Positions 37,206 to 46,042 of a DNA stretch of 64,000 nucleotides are shown one piece after another. Each line of letters begins with the position of its first letter. Positions within the stretch are counted from its first letter, which is position 1. The notes beneath the pieces are model-generated. The model did not search any database. It worked only from the letters and a program-made list of their open reading frames with translations, and had not been told where the DNA came from. The DNA comes from Candidatus Micrarchaeota archaeon (GTDB lineage Archaea > Micrarchaeota > Micrarchaeia > Micrarchaeales > CABMGC01): contig JAJZND010000011.1 of the NCBI GenBank assembly GCA_021848025.1, forward strand, positions 16,664 through 80,663, given 5' to 3'. A program made the translations under genes and the position numbers.

Positions 37206-38360
37206 ATGGAGGGCAGATACGAACGTATAATTGTTGTGCATTTCGGTGAGCTCTGGCTTAAATCGAAAAATAGAGGTATATACATTAAAAAGCTAGTTAG
37301 TAACATAAAAGAACAACTAAGAAGCGAACAGTATAGCCTTGAATTGGAGCACGACAGAATAATAATAAGGCCAGGAAAAGATGCCAACATCGAACCGCTA
37401 AAATCCGGACTAGGCAGGGTATTTGGAATAAGCGGCTATCAGATCTCTTACGTTACCAAGCCACAATTGAAAGAGATGCTCAAGCTCGCAAAGTCTCTTG
37501 TAAGCGGGTCCGATAAGAAGACAATATTCAAGATAAATGCGCACCGCTCTTATAAGCAACTGCCATTTGATTCGGCAGACCTCTATGAAAAGGCGTCGGA
37601 GATGCTTAGGCATATGGGTTACTCTATGGCACCCCGCGGCTATGACAAGGAATTGATGCTGAATGCTACGGTGGATTCCGGCTACGTCTCGATAGAGAAG
37701 ATCAAAGGCCTTGGAGGCCTGCCCGTTGGATCCGGAGGAAAAGCCGTGATACTGCTTTCAGGCGGCATAGATTCTCCAGTAGCAGCCTGGTATGCAATGA
37801 AACGAGGAATGGAACCCATATACGTGCATGTGCATGGCTTCTCCAATAATGACGAGGCATCAAATTCAAAGTTGAAGGAAATTGTGGCTTTGCTAGCCTC
37901 TTATTACCAGCATTATAAAATTTATTATGTTCCATCCCATATATTTCAGGTAGGGGCGATAAGAACAGGCAGATATGAACTAATAATGATGAAGGTTTTC
38001 ATGCTCCTGCTTGCTGAAAGAATAGCCGTGGATCAAAAATGCTCAGTTGTATTTACCGGAGAGAGTCTGGGCCAGGTTGCCTCGCAGACACCTGAGAATC
38101 TAGCTGCTGAAGAACGCATGGTACGCATTCCGGTTCTCAGGCCGCTGATCGGTTTCGATAAAGAAGAAATAATAAGCGTGGCAAGAAGGATAGGCACTTA
38201 TGGCTATTCCATACTTCCGTATAAAGATGTCTGTTCTATAAATGCAAGGAATCCAAAGATAAAAGCGGATACTACAATCGTTGAAGATATCTCAAAAGAG
38301 ATAAAGATTAAATCGATTGTTTCAAGATCACTTAAGCTCTCCTCTTCATTTTCTACATGA
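37206..38360 (+). CDS. thiI: tRNA 4-thiouridine synthase ThiI (THUMP + PP-loop ATPase)
   Basis: PP-loop LLSGGIDSPVAAW with an N-terminal ferredoxin-like/THUMP region. GESLGQVASQT motif. Confidence 0.88.
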   Translation: MEGRYERIIVVHFGELWLKSKNRGIYIKKLVSNIKEQLRSEQYSLELEHDRIIIRPGKDANIEPLKSGLGRVFGISGYQISYVTKPQLKEMLKLAKSLVSGSDKKTIFKINAHRSYKQLPFDSADLYEKASEMLRHMGYSMAPRGYDKELMLNATVDSGYVSIEKIKGLGGLPVGSGGKAVILLSGGIDSPVAAWYAMKRGMEPIYVHVHGFSNNDEASNSKLKEIVALLASYYQHYKIYYVPSHIFQVGAIRTGRYELIMMKVFMLLLAERIAVDQKCSVVFTGESLGQVASQTPENLAAEERMVRIPVLRPLIGFDKEEIISVARRIGTYGYSILPYKDVCSINARNPKIKADTTIVEDISKEIKIKSIVSRSLKLSSSFST

Positions 38361-38673
38361 ATAATGCCCCGAAATCTTTCGTATGCAGGTAAATGCCGTT
38401 AGCCTGTTTCCGATTGCAATAACTATCATTTGCAATGGCGGCGATACACGTGCATCTCATGCATCTCCGGTTTAAGCAGATTCACATCTTAAGTTGATGA
38501 CTTAACTGCCAGACGCGCAACAAGCAAAACGACGACAATAGCAACTGTGGATCTCCGGAGTATTTTTGAACATTCTGTTCCATTGTTATTACAGATTGCA
38601 AACAGCTTATGCTTTGAGCGCCCTGCAAACAGGTTTGAAACATTAGACCGGCCTGCATAATAACAGTGTATAT

Positions 38674-40362
38674 ATGGAAAAAAAGGAAAACGCAACAAAT
38701 CCGATGAAAAATGCTACGTATCTCCTGCTTTTAGCCATCATGGCATATACGCTGATTTATTCCATTTACTTCGCAGTAGGTCCAACCCATCTGGGCGATG
38801 ACATAGCTTATTCATTCCTTGCACATTATGCAACTGCAGGAACATTTATGGAGAGCAATGGGGACATACTCTCAGTAAGGCTATTGCAGATCTTCCCTAT
38901 AGCATTTTTTTATTACATTTTTGGAGCAGGAGCGCTTTCAAGCGTAGCATGGGATATACTGTGTTTTACGCTCTCCGTGCTTCTGGCTTTCTTGATTGGG
39001 CGTGAATTATTCGATGATAAAGTAGGACTACTGTCTGCATTTTTGCTTGCCACATTTCCTCTCGCAGCCATTTATTCGACTACAATGAGCGATAACGTGC
39101 CTATGATGTTTTTTGTCAGCCTCTCTTTTTTTGCGCTGATAAAAGCTATAAAAAATAAATCCCGATTCTGGTATTTTATTACCGGAGTAGCGCTAATGGC
39201 GGCGCCTCTCACCATTCCGGAAGGGTTTATATGGTGGATAATGGTCGGATTCCTGCTTATTATCGGACTGATATTCAGGAAATTGCCTGTAGGAAACAGA
39301 TCAGCATCTTTTTCAATCAACAGGAAGTCTCTTTACATGATACTGGGTTTTTTAATAGCCCTATGCGTAGTAATGACGGTAAATTATTTCAATTCCAAAA
39401 ACGCGTTCATAACATTCACGGCAAATATAAGCTACTATGGTCAGACATGGAGGCCGGACTTAATTCCACTGCCGTTAAATGCCGCTCTAGCATTCTATCC
39501 GAATATTATGTTTCCATATCACCTGACATCAGCATTATACACTGCGTTAGCATATAAAAACTTCAATCCTGTTTCTATAATTACAAACGGCTACATATAT
39601 GGCTCCAATACAACTGGTTTCTATTTCTACGCACTTATTCCTGCAGCAGCATATCTTATTTTAAGGAAGAATGATAGGAGAAGATCCGCGTTGCTGCTCC
39701 TTTGGGTAGTTACCGGCATGTTATACCTGGAATTCGGACCACAGCACATAACGTTGTATCCTTTTACCTATATCTTATCGCATAGGCTTGATAGATACCT
39801 GCTTCTTATAGCAACCCCTATTTCGATCGTGATCTCTGCCGCATTACTGGGAATCGAGCGATCATCGAAAAAGAAATGGAGGCATATAAAACTTGCAGGA
39901 TCCGTGGCAGCCATCATATTTCTTACAGTAACATCATTGCAAATAATCGTGTACATACATAGCATCGCAGAAGCAGAGAAACTTATGCAGTATAAAGCAG
40001 CAGAATACATAATTAATCTGCCGGATAATACGCGCGTCTATCTGGATAGCGGGTATGGGGATCTTGTGGTATACGCTGGTTTTGATAATCTAAGCAGATT
40101 CCAATTAGGGTATGATGGAATAACTGCATGTCAACTTATACCTGGCAATTCCTTCGTTTTGGTGCCTTCCAAAGAATATAGCTCGCTCAACTATACTAAT
40201 CAGAGTGGTCGGATGGAATGTCCATGGTGGGATAAAGTGCTTTCTCCTCCTGAAAGTTACAAAAACATAGTACTACAATTAGCAGCGCCAGACCTTACAA
40301 CACTATATTATGTACCAGCTAATTATACGCCGCCAAAGATGCAGGAGCTAAATGCTTCCTGA
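38674..40362 (+). CDS. GT-C fold glycosyltransferase, PMT/ArnT (GT39/GT83)-like
   Basis: 562 aa with about 11 N-terminal TM segments. Acidic first-loop motif GDDIAYSF in the position of the DE/DD motif of PMT/ArnT enzymes. Soluble C-terminal domain with sequons. Confidence 0.55.
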   Translation: MEKKENATNPMKNATYLLLLAIMAYTLIYSIYFAVGPTHLGDDIAYSFLAHYATAGTFMESNGDILSVRLLQIFPIAFFYYIFGAGALSSVAWDILCFTLSVLLAFLIGRELFDDKVGLLSAFLLATFPLAAIYSTTMSDNVPMMFFVSLSFFALIKAIKNKSRFWYFITGVALMAAPLTIPEGFIWWIMVGFLLIIGLIFRKLPVGNRSASFSINRKSLYMILGFLIALCVVMTVNYFNSKNAFITFTANISYYGQTWRPDLIPLPLNAALAFYPNIMFPYHLTSALYTALAYKNFNPVSIITNGYIYGSNTTGFYFYALIPAAAYLILRKNDRRRSALLLLWVVTGMLYLEFGPQHITLYPFTYILSHRLDRYLLLIATPISIVISAALLGIERSSKKKWRHIKLAGSVAAIIFLTVTSLQIIVYIHSIAEAEKLMQYKAAEYIINLPDNTRVYLDSGYGDLVVYAGFDNLSRFQLGYDGITACQLIPGNSFVLVPSKEYSSLNYTNQSGRMECPWWDKVLSPPESYKNIVLQLAAPDLTTLYYVPANYTPPKMQELNAS

Positions 40363-40430
40363 GTTAAGTTATTTCTGAACAGCGAAATGAAGAAGCTTAA
40401 CATGGCTGGTTTTGATCAAAAAGCCTGAAG

Positions 40431-41519
40431 CTAACCAAATCCCGGAGGCAATGTCGTTGTGGTTGAGGTAGTAGGGCTAGTAATAGTCGATGTGCTCGTG
40501 GATGAAGTGGATGTTGATGTAGTCGATGTAGAAGTGGTCGATGTTGAAGTACTAGATGTACTGGTTGTGGAAGTCGATGTTGAAGAGGTGGTGGTTGAAG
40601 AGGTGGTCGATGAGGTAGAAGTGGTAGGCAAAGGTATCGAAGTAGTGCTGGTTGAAGAAGTAGAGATAGTAGTAGTTACTGTTGTAGTTGTAGCTTGGTT
40701 GTTAAAGTATATGAGTATAGATGCGCTGTACTTATTGAAGGAAGCGGTTATTTGCGCAGGCGAAGCTATCGTGTAACTGTAGGCATAGGCTGTTGCGTTG
40801 CCATTCTGGTTAGTAGTGGCATATGCTGGTGTTACAACCACTCCTGGTGTGGGCGTCGTGAAGTTTACCGTGGCTCCTGCGAACGGCCTTCCGGACGAAG
40901 CAAAGGTCACTGTAGCAATAATTTCATCCCTAGTTCCATTTGCAGTTTCAGAGAGTGAAAATGGAAATAACGCTACTTTTAGTCCGAGATTAGTCAATGA
41001 GCTTACATGTGTGGTGAAGGTTCCGAAATATTGCTGCGAAGTGGGGTTTGTGCAGGTATAAGAGTTTACGCTCGCACAATTAGTTGCCGCAAGCGAGAGC
41101 GATCCGGTCACAAGCTCGCCTTGGCCAAAGTGTCTATTCGTTATAGGAACACTGCATACTATAGCACCGCCAGGCAGCACAAAAGTAGGGAAGCACGAGC
41201 TGGAAAACGTTCCTTTTCCTCCGGATAGATTTACTGTAAGTACGGGATCTTTAAGCGCAAATTCTTGGGCATTGCTTATAAAGACTATGGCGTTAGTAGT
41301 GCTCGAGTTTGAACCTATCTCAAGCTGCACGCATGTTGCTCCGGAGGAGAAGGTGCATGTGTTCTGAGCAAGGGTAGGTGCAGCGGTGATGTAGTAATAT
41401 ATAATGTATAAGACTACTGCCAGTATTATGACAGCAAGGCCATAAGTCACGAGGTATTCCATTGCGGCTTGCTGGCGCATGGGCTTCCTGCGATTCTTAT
41501 GTGCGCTTTTCTTCCTCAT
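40431..41519 (-). CDS. type IV pilin-like surface protein with an 87-aa Ser/Thr-rich C-terminal stalk
   Basis: MRKKSAHKNRRKPMRQQAAMEYLVTYG plus a hydrophobic helix. The Cys-containing N-terminal module resembles the two DUF2341 pilins. C-terminus is (S/T)n ending LPPGFG. Start at first ATG 41519, 23 nt downstream of a TATA-like element; the track ORF starts at GTG 41534. Confidence 0.7.
   Translation of the reverse strand: MRKKSAHKNRRKPMRQQAAMEYLVTYGLAVIILAVVLYIIYYYITAAPTLAQNTCTFSSGATCVQLEIGSNSSTTNAIVFISNAQEFALKDPVLTVNLSGGKGTFSSSCFPTFVLPGGAIVCSVPITNRHFGQGELVTGSLSLAATNCASVNSYTCTNPTSQQYFGTFTTHVSSLTNLGLKVALFPFSLSETANGTRDEIIATVTFASSGRPFAGATVNFTTPTPGVVVTPAYATTNQNGNATAYAYSYTIASPAQITASFNKYSASILIYFNNQATTTTVTTTISTSSTSTTSIPLPTTSTSSTTSSTTTSSTSTSTTSTSSTSTSTTSTSTTSTSTSSTSTSTITSPTTSTTTTLPPGFG
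40434..40694. repeat. low-complexity imperfect tandem repeats (gtSgatgtWga-like units) encoding the Ser/Thr stalk
   Basis: Visible reiteration of gtcgatgt/gaagtgg/gttgaag units. It translates to TSTSTTSTSSTSTSTTSTS on the minus strand. Confidence 0.8.
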
Positions 41520-41541
41520 AGCAAAGAAATACACGATAAGG

Positions 41542-41549
41542 ATTAAATA
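41542..41549 (-). promoter_or_regulatory. TATA-like element (TATTTAAT on minus strand) 23 nt upstream of ATG 41519
   Basis: Intergenic position with spacing like the other promoters here. Confidence 0.4.
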
Positions 41550-41662
41550 CCTTGAGGCATTCTTGGAACTCTGAACTTAATACTACAGACCATAGCATCA
41601 CAATACTAGCTGGTCACATTTTTCTCATACCATTAAATACACGGATAGTCCTGACATATTGA

Positions 41663-41670
41663 TTTAAATA
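41663..41670 (+). promoter_or_regulatory. TATA box (TTTAAATA) 29 nt upstream of ATG 41699
   Basis: Exact recurrent element. Confidence 0.5.
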
Positions 41671-41698
41671 TCTGAAAAACGCATATATTACTGATACT

Positions 41699-43498
41699 AT
41701 GCAAGCAACCAAATCCAGAAGTTCAGATGTAAAGCTGGTTCCACTCCGCGGTGCTTTTGAGCCACAAATGCAAACTTGGCCTTCGGCAGCAATAGGCAGC
41801 ACTCTACGCGGCCCTTCCGTAACGCCAAGGTCAACCACCACTGATATCAAAAATCTGGGAATCCAGAAACGCATAAATTCAATCTACGAAGATCTGAAAG
41901 CACAGCTAAAAGATATACAAAATGGGGCGGATCTTAGCATTGACAGGATTGGCAAGATAAATTCTGCTAGTGTAGCGCTTCACCTTTATGCTGATAACAT
42001 GTCATCGGCAATGCCTCGCTTTAAGGAAAGCATGGATGCTACGAAGTCAAATTCTAATGCTATTGTAGATAATATAATCAAGCTTGCCGAAGCAAGGGGC
42101 ACTTCAGTAAAAGGCGAATATGTCAAGATAAACCCCTCTTTTACAGTTATCGAAGCGAAATATGCAAAGTCACAATCCCAAGACGGCAGGCGAGTGGTCG
42201 AAGAGAAGCCTGAAGTCAAGAGAGAGGTAAACGAGGCCCTAGAGGAATGGAAGATAAGGGATCCTAAAACGCCAACTACTCACGATTTCAACCTTGCGAA
42301 TTCCATGGAGAGAGGAGTCAGGAATTTCATCTCCGAGCTTGGCCAGAAGTATACGTTTGACAAAGAGAGAATCCCAGGAAAGGAAGAAAGCAAAACTGCA
42401 GAATATCTAAAGTTGTACCACATAATGCTGATACAGCTAAAGATTCATGCACAAGGCGAGACTTACAGTCATACAAAGCCATCGTCTGCTCCACAGCAGC
42501 CTAGCCCTGGAGCCATGATTATAAAACCTCCCGCCCCTTCAGAAGAAAAGCAGAATGAACAGAAGAAGGTGCAGTACGTGGGAAATGAAGAGAAAGACGG
42601 TAAACCTGGCACTGCTGGCATTGCGTCTGCTTCACCAATGCTGATCGCACAAGGCAAGGATCTAGGCGGTGATCCAGAACGCGCCCAAGTAAAACCGATG
42701 CCTATAGATGTCTCTAGCAAGAAAGAAGTTGAATCTGCGGCGGATATCAAAGCAACAACAAAAAAAGGCCTGCATTTTGGTGCAATTGAGAGTACTGACG
42801 AAGCAGTAACGCCTTATGTAAGCAAGCATCTGGTGGCAACGTCCTTAAGAGCATCGTCTACTCCGGGAAAGATAGGCAGACATTTCAAGCCATTCGTGCT
42901 TCCTGTAGCTGACGACGCAGCGGCATACAAAAGCAATCACGCTAAACAGATTACTGCACCTGTGTCAGTATCTGAGATAAAGGATGTTGGCCCAAACAGA
43001 AAGAAAGTTACGCGGCCAGAGCCAATTCCAACCATAAAGATAATCGATGAGAGCCTGCGCTTAAAACCGGCATCTGACCCTGAAGTTGGTAAAGTATCTA
43101 TAAGAGCCCGTTTGTCACCCTTCAAAGAGCGTCTAATAAGCGCGCTGGCAACATACGGCGCAAGCAAGACGAACGGCATAATTGAATTTACTGAAACCCA
43201 TTTAAGTCAGGAGAGTGACCGGGTAAACGGCTCACATGTAGATGATGGCATTGCGAATCAGCACGACTATTTATCCAAGTCGTCAGTTAATGGCGGCAGG
43301 CACTTTAAACATGCATCTAACATCCAGAATGCAGAGAAGCCATCAGATAGCTTGCATTATTTGCACAAAATAAATGTCCTGCATAAAGCCAGAGAACTCT
43401 TCAGACGTGAAAAGATACCAGAAGTGGCAGGGCCTGTAGTCTTAATATTTAAACCTACGCAAAAAGCACCAATGGAAACAGAAGTTCTTAAGCCATAA
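41699..43498 (+). CDS. large hypothetical protein (599 aa), partly low-complexity/Pro-Lys-rich
   Basis: Long ORF with canonical promoter spacing. No TM segment or known motif. Central P/S/K/E-rich segment, and a G(R/L)HF(K/G) motif that recurs three times. Confidence 0.6.
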   Translation: MQATKSRSSDVKLVPLRGAFEPQMQTWPSAAIGSTLRGPSVTPRSTTTDIKNLGIQKRINSIYEDLKAQLKDIQNGADLSIDRIGKINSASVALHLYADNMSSAMPRFKESMDATKSNSNAIVDNIIKLAEARGTSVKGEYVKINPSFTVIEAKYAKSQSQDGRRVVEEKPEVKREVNEALEEWKIRDPKTPTTHDFNLANSMERGVRNFISELGQKYTFDKERIPGKEESKTAEYLKLYHIMLIQLKIHAQGETYSHTKPSSAPQQPSPGAMIIKPPAPSEEKQNEQKKVQYVGNEEKDGKPGTAGIASASPMLIAQGKDLGGDPERAQVKPMPIDVSSKKEVESAADIKATTKKGLHFGAIESTDEAVTPYVSKHLVATSLRASSTPGKIGRHFKPFVLPVADDAAAYKSNHAKQITAPVSVSEIKDVGPNRKKVTRPEPIPTIKIIDESLRLKPASDPEVGKVSIRARLSPFKERLISALATYGASKTNGIIEFTETHLSQESDRVNGSHVDDGIANQHDYLSKSSVNGGRHFKHASNIQNAEKPSDSLHYLHKINVLHKARELFRREKIPEVAGPVVLIFKPTQKAPMETEVLKP

Positions 43499-43553
43499 AA
43501 TCAGCATATCAGGTGCCATATTGATCTTCCTGGGCAGTAAGCATAAATCTGCT

Positions 43554-44156
43554 ATGCGGATGTCCACAATAGCAGAGAGGGAACAGTTGTGTCCTTCAGA
43601 GGAGCGTGATCTGTATTTGACAGCTGCTGGCATTAAGCCGGTTACGCTTCAGCGCCGTTTTTCGGACCTGCATGCTCTTAAAAGGTTCGGGATGGAAACG
43701 GACATTACCTATGTAATGTATCCTAACTTGGAAGTAACCTTTGTAGGCCGTAGCCGCGCAGATGTCTCGCTAGCTTCACATGCACACAATGATCATGAGC
43801 TGGGGCTTGCACTAGGGTATCCCAACGATGCGATCTTGAAGTATTCAGAGCTGACTTCGCAAGGAAAACCCCCGGCTCTTGCGTACCAGCACGATATAAT
43901 CATGGCAATAGAAAATGGAGTTCAGCTTCCTTCATGGCTGGCATATGTTGACCATGTCCCTTCAGGATACAACCTCAAGAAAGGAAGAGTGGCAGAGTCA
44001 AGCGAGGAACATGCAAGGATTGCGATGGAATACACGGTTAAGGGCAATTACCAGCTCGCATGCAAGTTACATGCTGACTTTTTCAACAAGGTTTCTGGGA
44101 TGATTGCTAATGCCGAAAATATAAAACAGCTGTTGCGTTACCATTACCAAACATGA
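43554..44156 (+). CDS. hypothetical protein
   Basis: About 200 aa from ATG 43554 (track ORF from TTG 43521). Contains HAHNDHELGLALGYPNDAI, with no confident family assignment. Confidence 0.5.
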   Translation: MRMSTIAEREQLCPSEERDLYLTAAGIKPVTLQRRFSDLHALKRFGMETDITYVMYPNLEVTFVGRSRADVSLASHAHNDHELGLALGYPNDAILKYSELTSQGKPPALAYQHDIIMAIENGVQLPSWLAYVDHVPSGYNLKKGRVAESSEEHARIAMEYTVKGNYQLACKLHADFFNKVSGMIANAENIKQLLRYHYQT

Positions 44157-44231
44157 TAATGATTTCATCTGATCAGCATCCTCTCGATAAAAACTCTTTA
44201 CACATTCTCATTTAAAAGCATCTAGTCGGCT

Positions 44232-44399
44232 TTATCTCCTTTCAGCATAAAACGCCCAGTAAGACGTAAAAGGTGTGCCATCCTTATCAGGAAAAACAGC
44301 GGACAGCTTTTCGAGATTGCATGCAAAGACGCTCAAGTTGGCATCTTCCCCCATATTCTCCGAACCTGAACTCACATGGGCAATGTCGAAAACATGCAT
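44232..44399 (-). CDS. candidate small protein (55 aa), not in the ORF track
   Basis: Hand translation: MHVFDIAHVSSGSENMGEDANLSVFACNLEKLSAVFPDKDGTPFTSYWAFYAERR. An A/T-rich TATA-like element (44424..44438) lies about 25 nt upstream on the minus strand. Confidence 0.25.
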   Translation of the reverse strand: MHVFDIAHVSSGSENMGEDANLSVFACNLEKLSAVFPDKDGTPFTSYWAFYAERR

Positions 44400-44452
44400 G
44401 GCATGTTATTTTGTAGAGAATACTTTTAAATAATAAAGAATAAGTTTTAATA

Positions 44453-44671
44453 ATGCAAAACAGGAAGCCATATAAATTAGATAAAAAATTGGTAGCCGCC
44501 GGGATAGTTGTAGCTTCATCGCAACTTACCCTCATGGGCATAGACATAACTTATAAACATCCTTCATTCACTGCTTTTAACGGCTCAATAGGCTCTCTTG
44601 CCGGACTTGTGACTGTTAGTGGTGTCGCTTATCACTATTATAAGAGTCTACATTCGTTAAAAAGGCGCTGA
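44453..44671 (+). CDS. small membrane protein (two small-residue-rich hydrophobic segments)
   Basis: 72 aa with segments LVAAGIVVASSQLTLMGI and GSIGSLAGLVTVSGVAYHYY. Basic ends. Confidence 0.5.
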   Translation: MQNRKPYKLDKKLVAAGIVVASSQLTLMGIDITYKHPSFTAFNGSIGSLAGLVTVSGVAYHYYKSLHSLKRR

Positions 44672-44680
44672 GTACAGAGA

Positions 44681-45103
44681 ATGATGAGTGAAACCATGCA
44701 AGCTACTCTAGAGAAAAAAGGCGTTAAGTATACTTACTTTGAACTCGCAGATGACCCAATTAGAGACCACAGAAGAGGCAATATCAATTTCAGCCTGGCT
44801 ACAATGTACAAGTACACAAAAAAGGAACCCGAAAGGGCGCAGAGGCTTTATGATATAGCGGCCAGATACTATCTTCACGGGGGCATTTTGGGAGAGGCTG
44901 CTATTGCTTTGAAAAACGCAGGGAGGAGCGGAGATTCGAGAACAATACGCGAACTTATCGATGAATGGATGGCTGCTCCTGAAGTGGGTGAATTTATAGA
45001 GTGGGCAAAGCGCAATGTTTCAAGCGTCGAGTTGCAAAAAGGCATGCACATTCTTGCATGCGTAGGAAGATTCTCCGATTTCAGAATGCTTAAGAGGGTC
45101 TAA
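44681..45103 (+). CDS. hypothetical helical protein
   Basis: 140 aa. Weak helical-repeat look (AQRLYDIAARYYLHGGILGEAAIALKNAG). No confident motif. Confidence 0.5.
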   Translation: MMSETMQATLEKKGVKYTYFELADDPIRDHRRGNINFSLATMYKYTKKEPERAQRLYDIAARYYLHGGILGEAAIALKNAGRSGDSRTIRELIDEWMAAPEVGEFIEWAKRNVSSVELQKGMHILACVGRFSDFRMLKRV

Positions 45104-45201
45104 GATAGTAGCAAGTACGGCAGAAGGCGTTAATAGGCAGCATTAGTACCAAAACTATTTTAGATAATCTAATATGATAATAGAAAAATTGTAGCATAAC
45201 G

Positions 45202-45209
45202 TTTAAATA
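45202..45209 (+). promoter_or_regulatory. TATA box (TTTAAATA) 37 nt upstream of ATG 45246
   Basis: Exact recurrent element. A second AAATATTTA lies at 45222..45230. Confidence 0.45.
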
Positions 45210-45245
45210 TGTGGCAAATGTAAATATTTAAGCAGGTGTAAAGTA

Positions 45246-45944
45246 ATGAAAAATATTTTTCAATCGTCGAAGGGAGCTAGCAGAGTAGAAGTGCTGGAAC
45301 ACCAAATGCTTAGCAACCTACAGCGGGATAGGAAGACGAGTGGCAAGATTGACAACTACGTTGACTACCTCAGATCAACTGAGTTCAGACCATTTGACGG
45401 GGAACTGCAGGGAGCCTTGAGAAGAGTGCAGAAAGATGCAAGACACACCGTGAAACTTTCTGCAGACAAATTAATGAGTATTTTGGAGCCTAATGAGCAG
45501 CCTACTGCATCGGACACAACACTTAAGTGGCGCAGTTATGTAGACAGAAAGAGGAGCAGGATAGTAAAAAGAATTACAAAGAGTGAAATGCCAGTTGAAG
45601 GTCTAAGTGCTGTGCGCTGGGTTGAAGGAAAACTACCGAACATGAGCAAGGTAGGAACTGCATTCTCGTTCCCTTTTGCCATGGGTACGGGTTATCTTGC
45701 CTATAAAGTAGGTGGTGATCCTGCTATGGTAAGCGCAGCTGCAGCAGGACTCTCCCTGTCTTACGGAGCGTCAGTGGTGGCGAATGCGGGCATAACGACA
45801 TACAGGGCAGTTAGCGGCACGCACGCTGTAAAAAAACTAAAAAGCCACATTGCGGACTTTGACTCAGACAGAAAGAAATATGCCAATAGCGGAGGCGCAT
45901 ATGTGAATTTTCTAAAATCTTATGGAAAGCAGTATACGGAGTGA
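45246..45944 (+). CDS. hypothetical protein with a C-terminal Gly/Ala/Ser-rich TM hairpin
   Basis: 232 aa with a basic soluble N-terminal part. Hydrophobic segments are VGTAFSFPFAMGTGYLAYKV and AMVSAAAAGLSLSYGASVVANAGITTY. Confidence 0.55.
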   Translation: MKNIFQSSKGASRVEVLEHQMLSNLQRDRKTSGKIDNYVDYLRSTEFRPFDGELQGALRRVQKDARHTVKLSADKLMSILEPNEQPTASDTTLKWRSYVDRKRSRIVKRITKSEMPVEGLSAVRWVEGKLPNMSKVGTAFSFPFAMGTGYLAYKVGGDPAMVSAAAAGLSLSYGASVVANAGITTYRAVSGTHAVKKLKSHIADFDSDRKKYANSGGAYVNFLKSYGKQYTE

Positions 45945-46042
45945 AGATTATGGTCGTTTCGGCTGCGAAGAAGTATAGCACTAAAATATTATTGGATATT
46001 ATAATATGATTTTAGCATTTATCTGGTGTTTGTCTGGAAAAG

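Noticed and set aside
38489-38698. 69-aa minus-strand ORF in the 313 bp spacer before the GT-C gene.
   Set aside because: It overlaps the GT-C start by 25 nt on the opposite strand, has unusual composition and I found no promoter-like element. The spacer may contain something, but I cannot support a call.
40431-40445. The pilin-like protein ends in ...LPPGFG after a Thr/Ser-rich linker, reminiscent of a PGF-CTERM archaeosortase signal.
   Set aside because: A PGF-CTERM signal needs a hydrophobic helix and a basic tail after the PGF. Here a TAG stop follows immediately. None of the three downstream frames encodes a convincing TM helix (best is IWLASGFLIK...). The protein already has an N-terminal pilin anchor. 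Most likely a coincidence.
41614-41874. 86-aa minus-strand ORF overlapping the start of the 599-aa gene and its promoter.
   Set aside because: It overlaps a TATA box and start codon with canonical spacing on the other strand. It has no promoter of its own and an odd composition.
43554-44156. HAHNDHELGLALGYP considered as a degenerate zincin (HExxH) metalloprotease motif.
   Set aside because: The second histidine of HExxH is replaced (HELGL), and I cannot place a third ligand. The LGYP resemblance to other families is only a vague memory, so no functional call is made.
44287-44547. 86-aa minus-strand track ORF spanning the 44157..44452 spacer and the start of 44453..44671.
   Set aside because: It overlaps the promoter and start of a plus-strand gene and is Cys/Phe-rich. 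A different minus-strand frame (44232..44399) looks more protein-like and is reported instead at low confidence.
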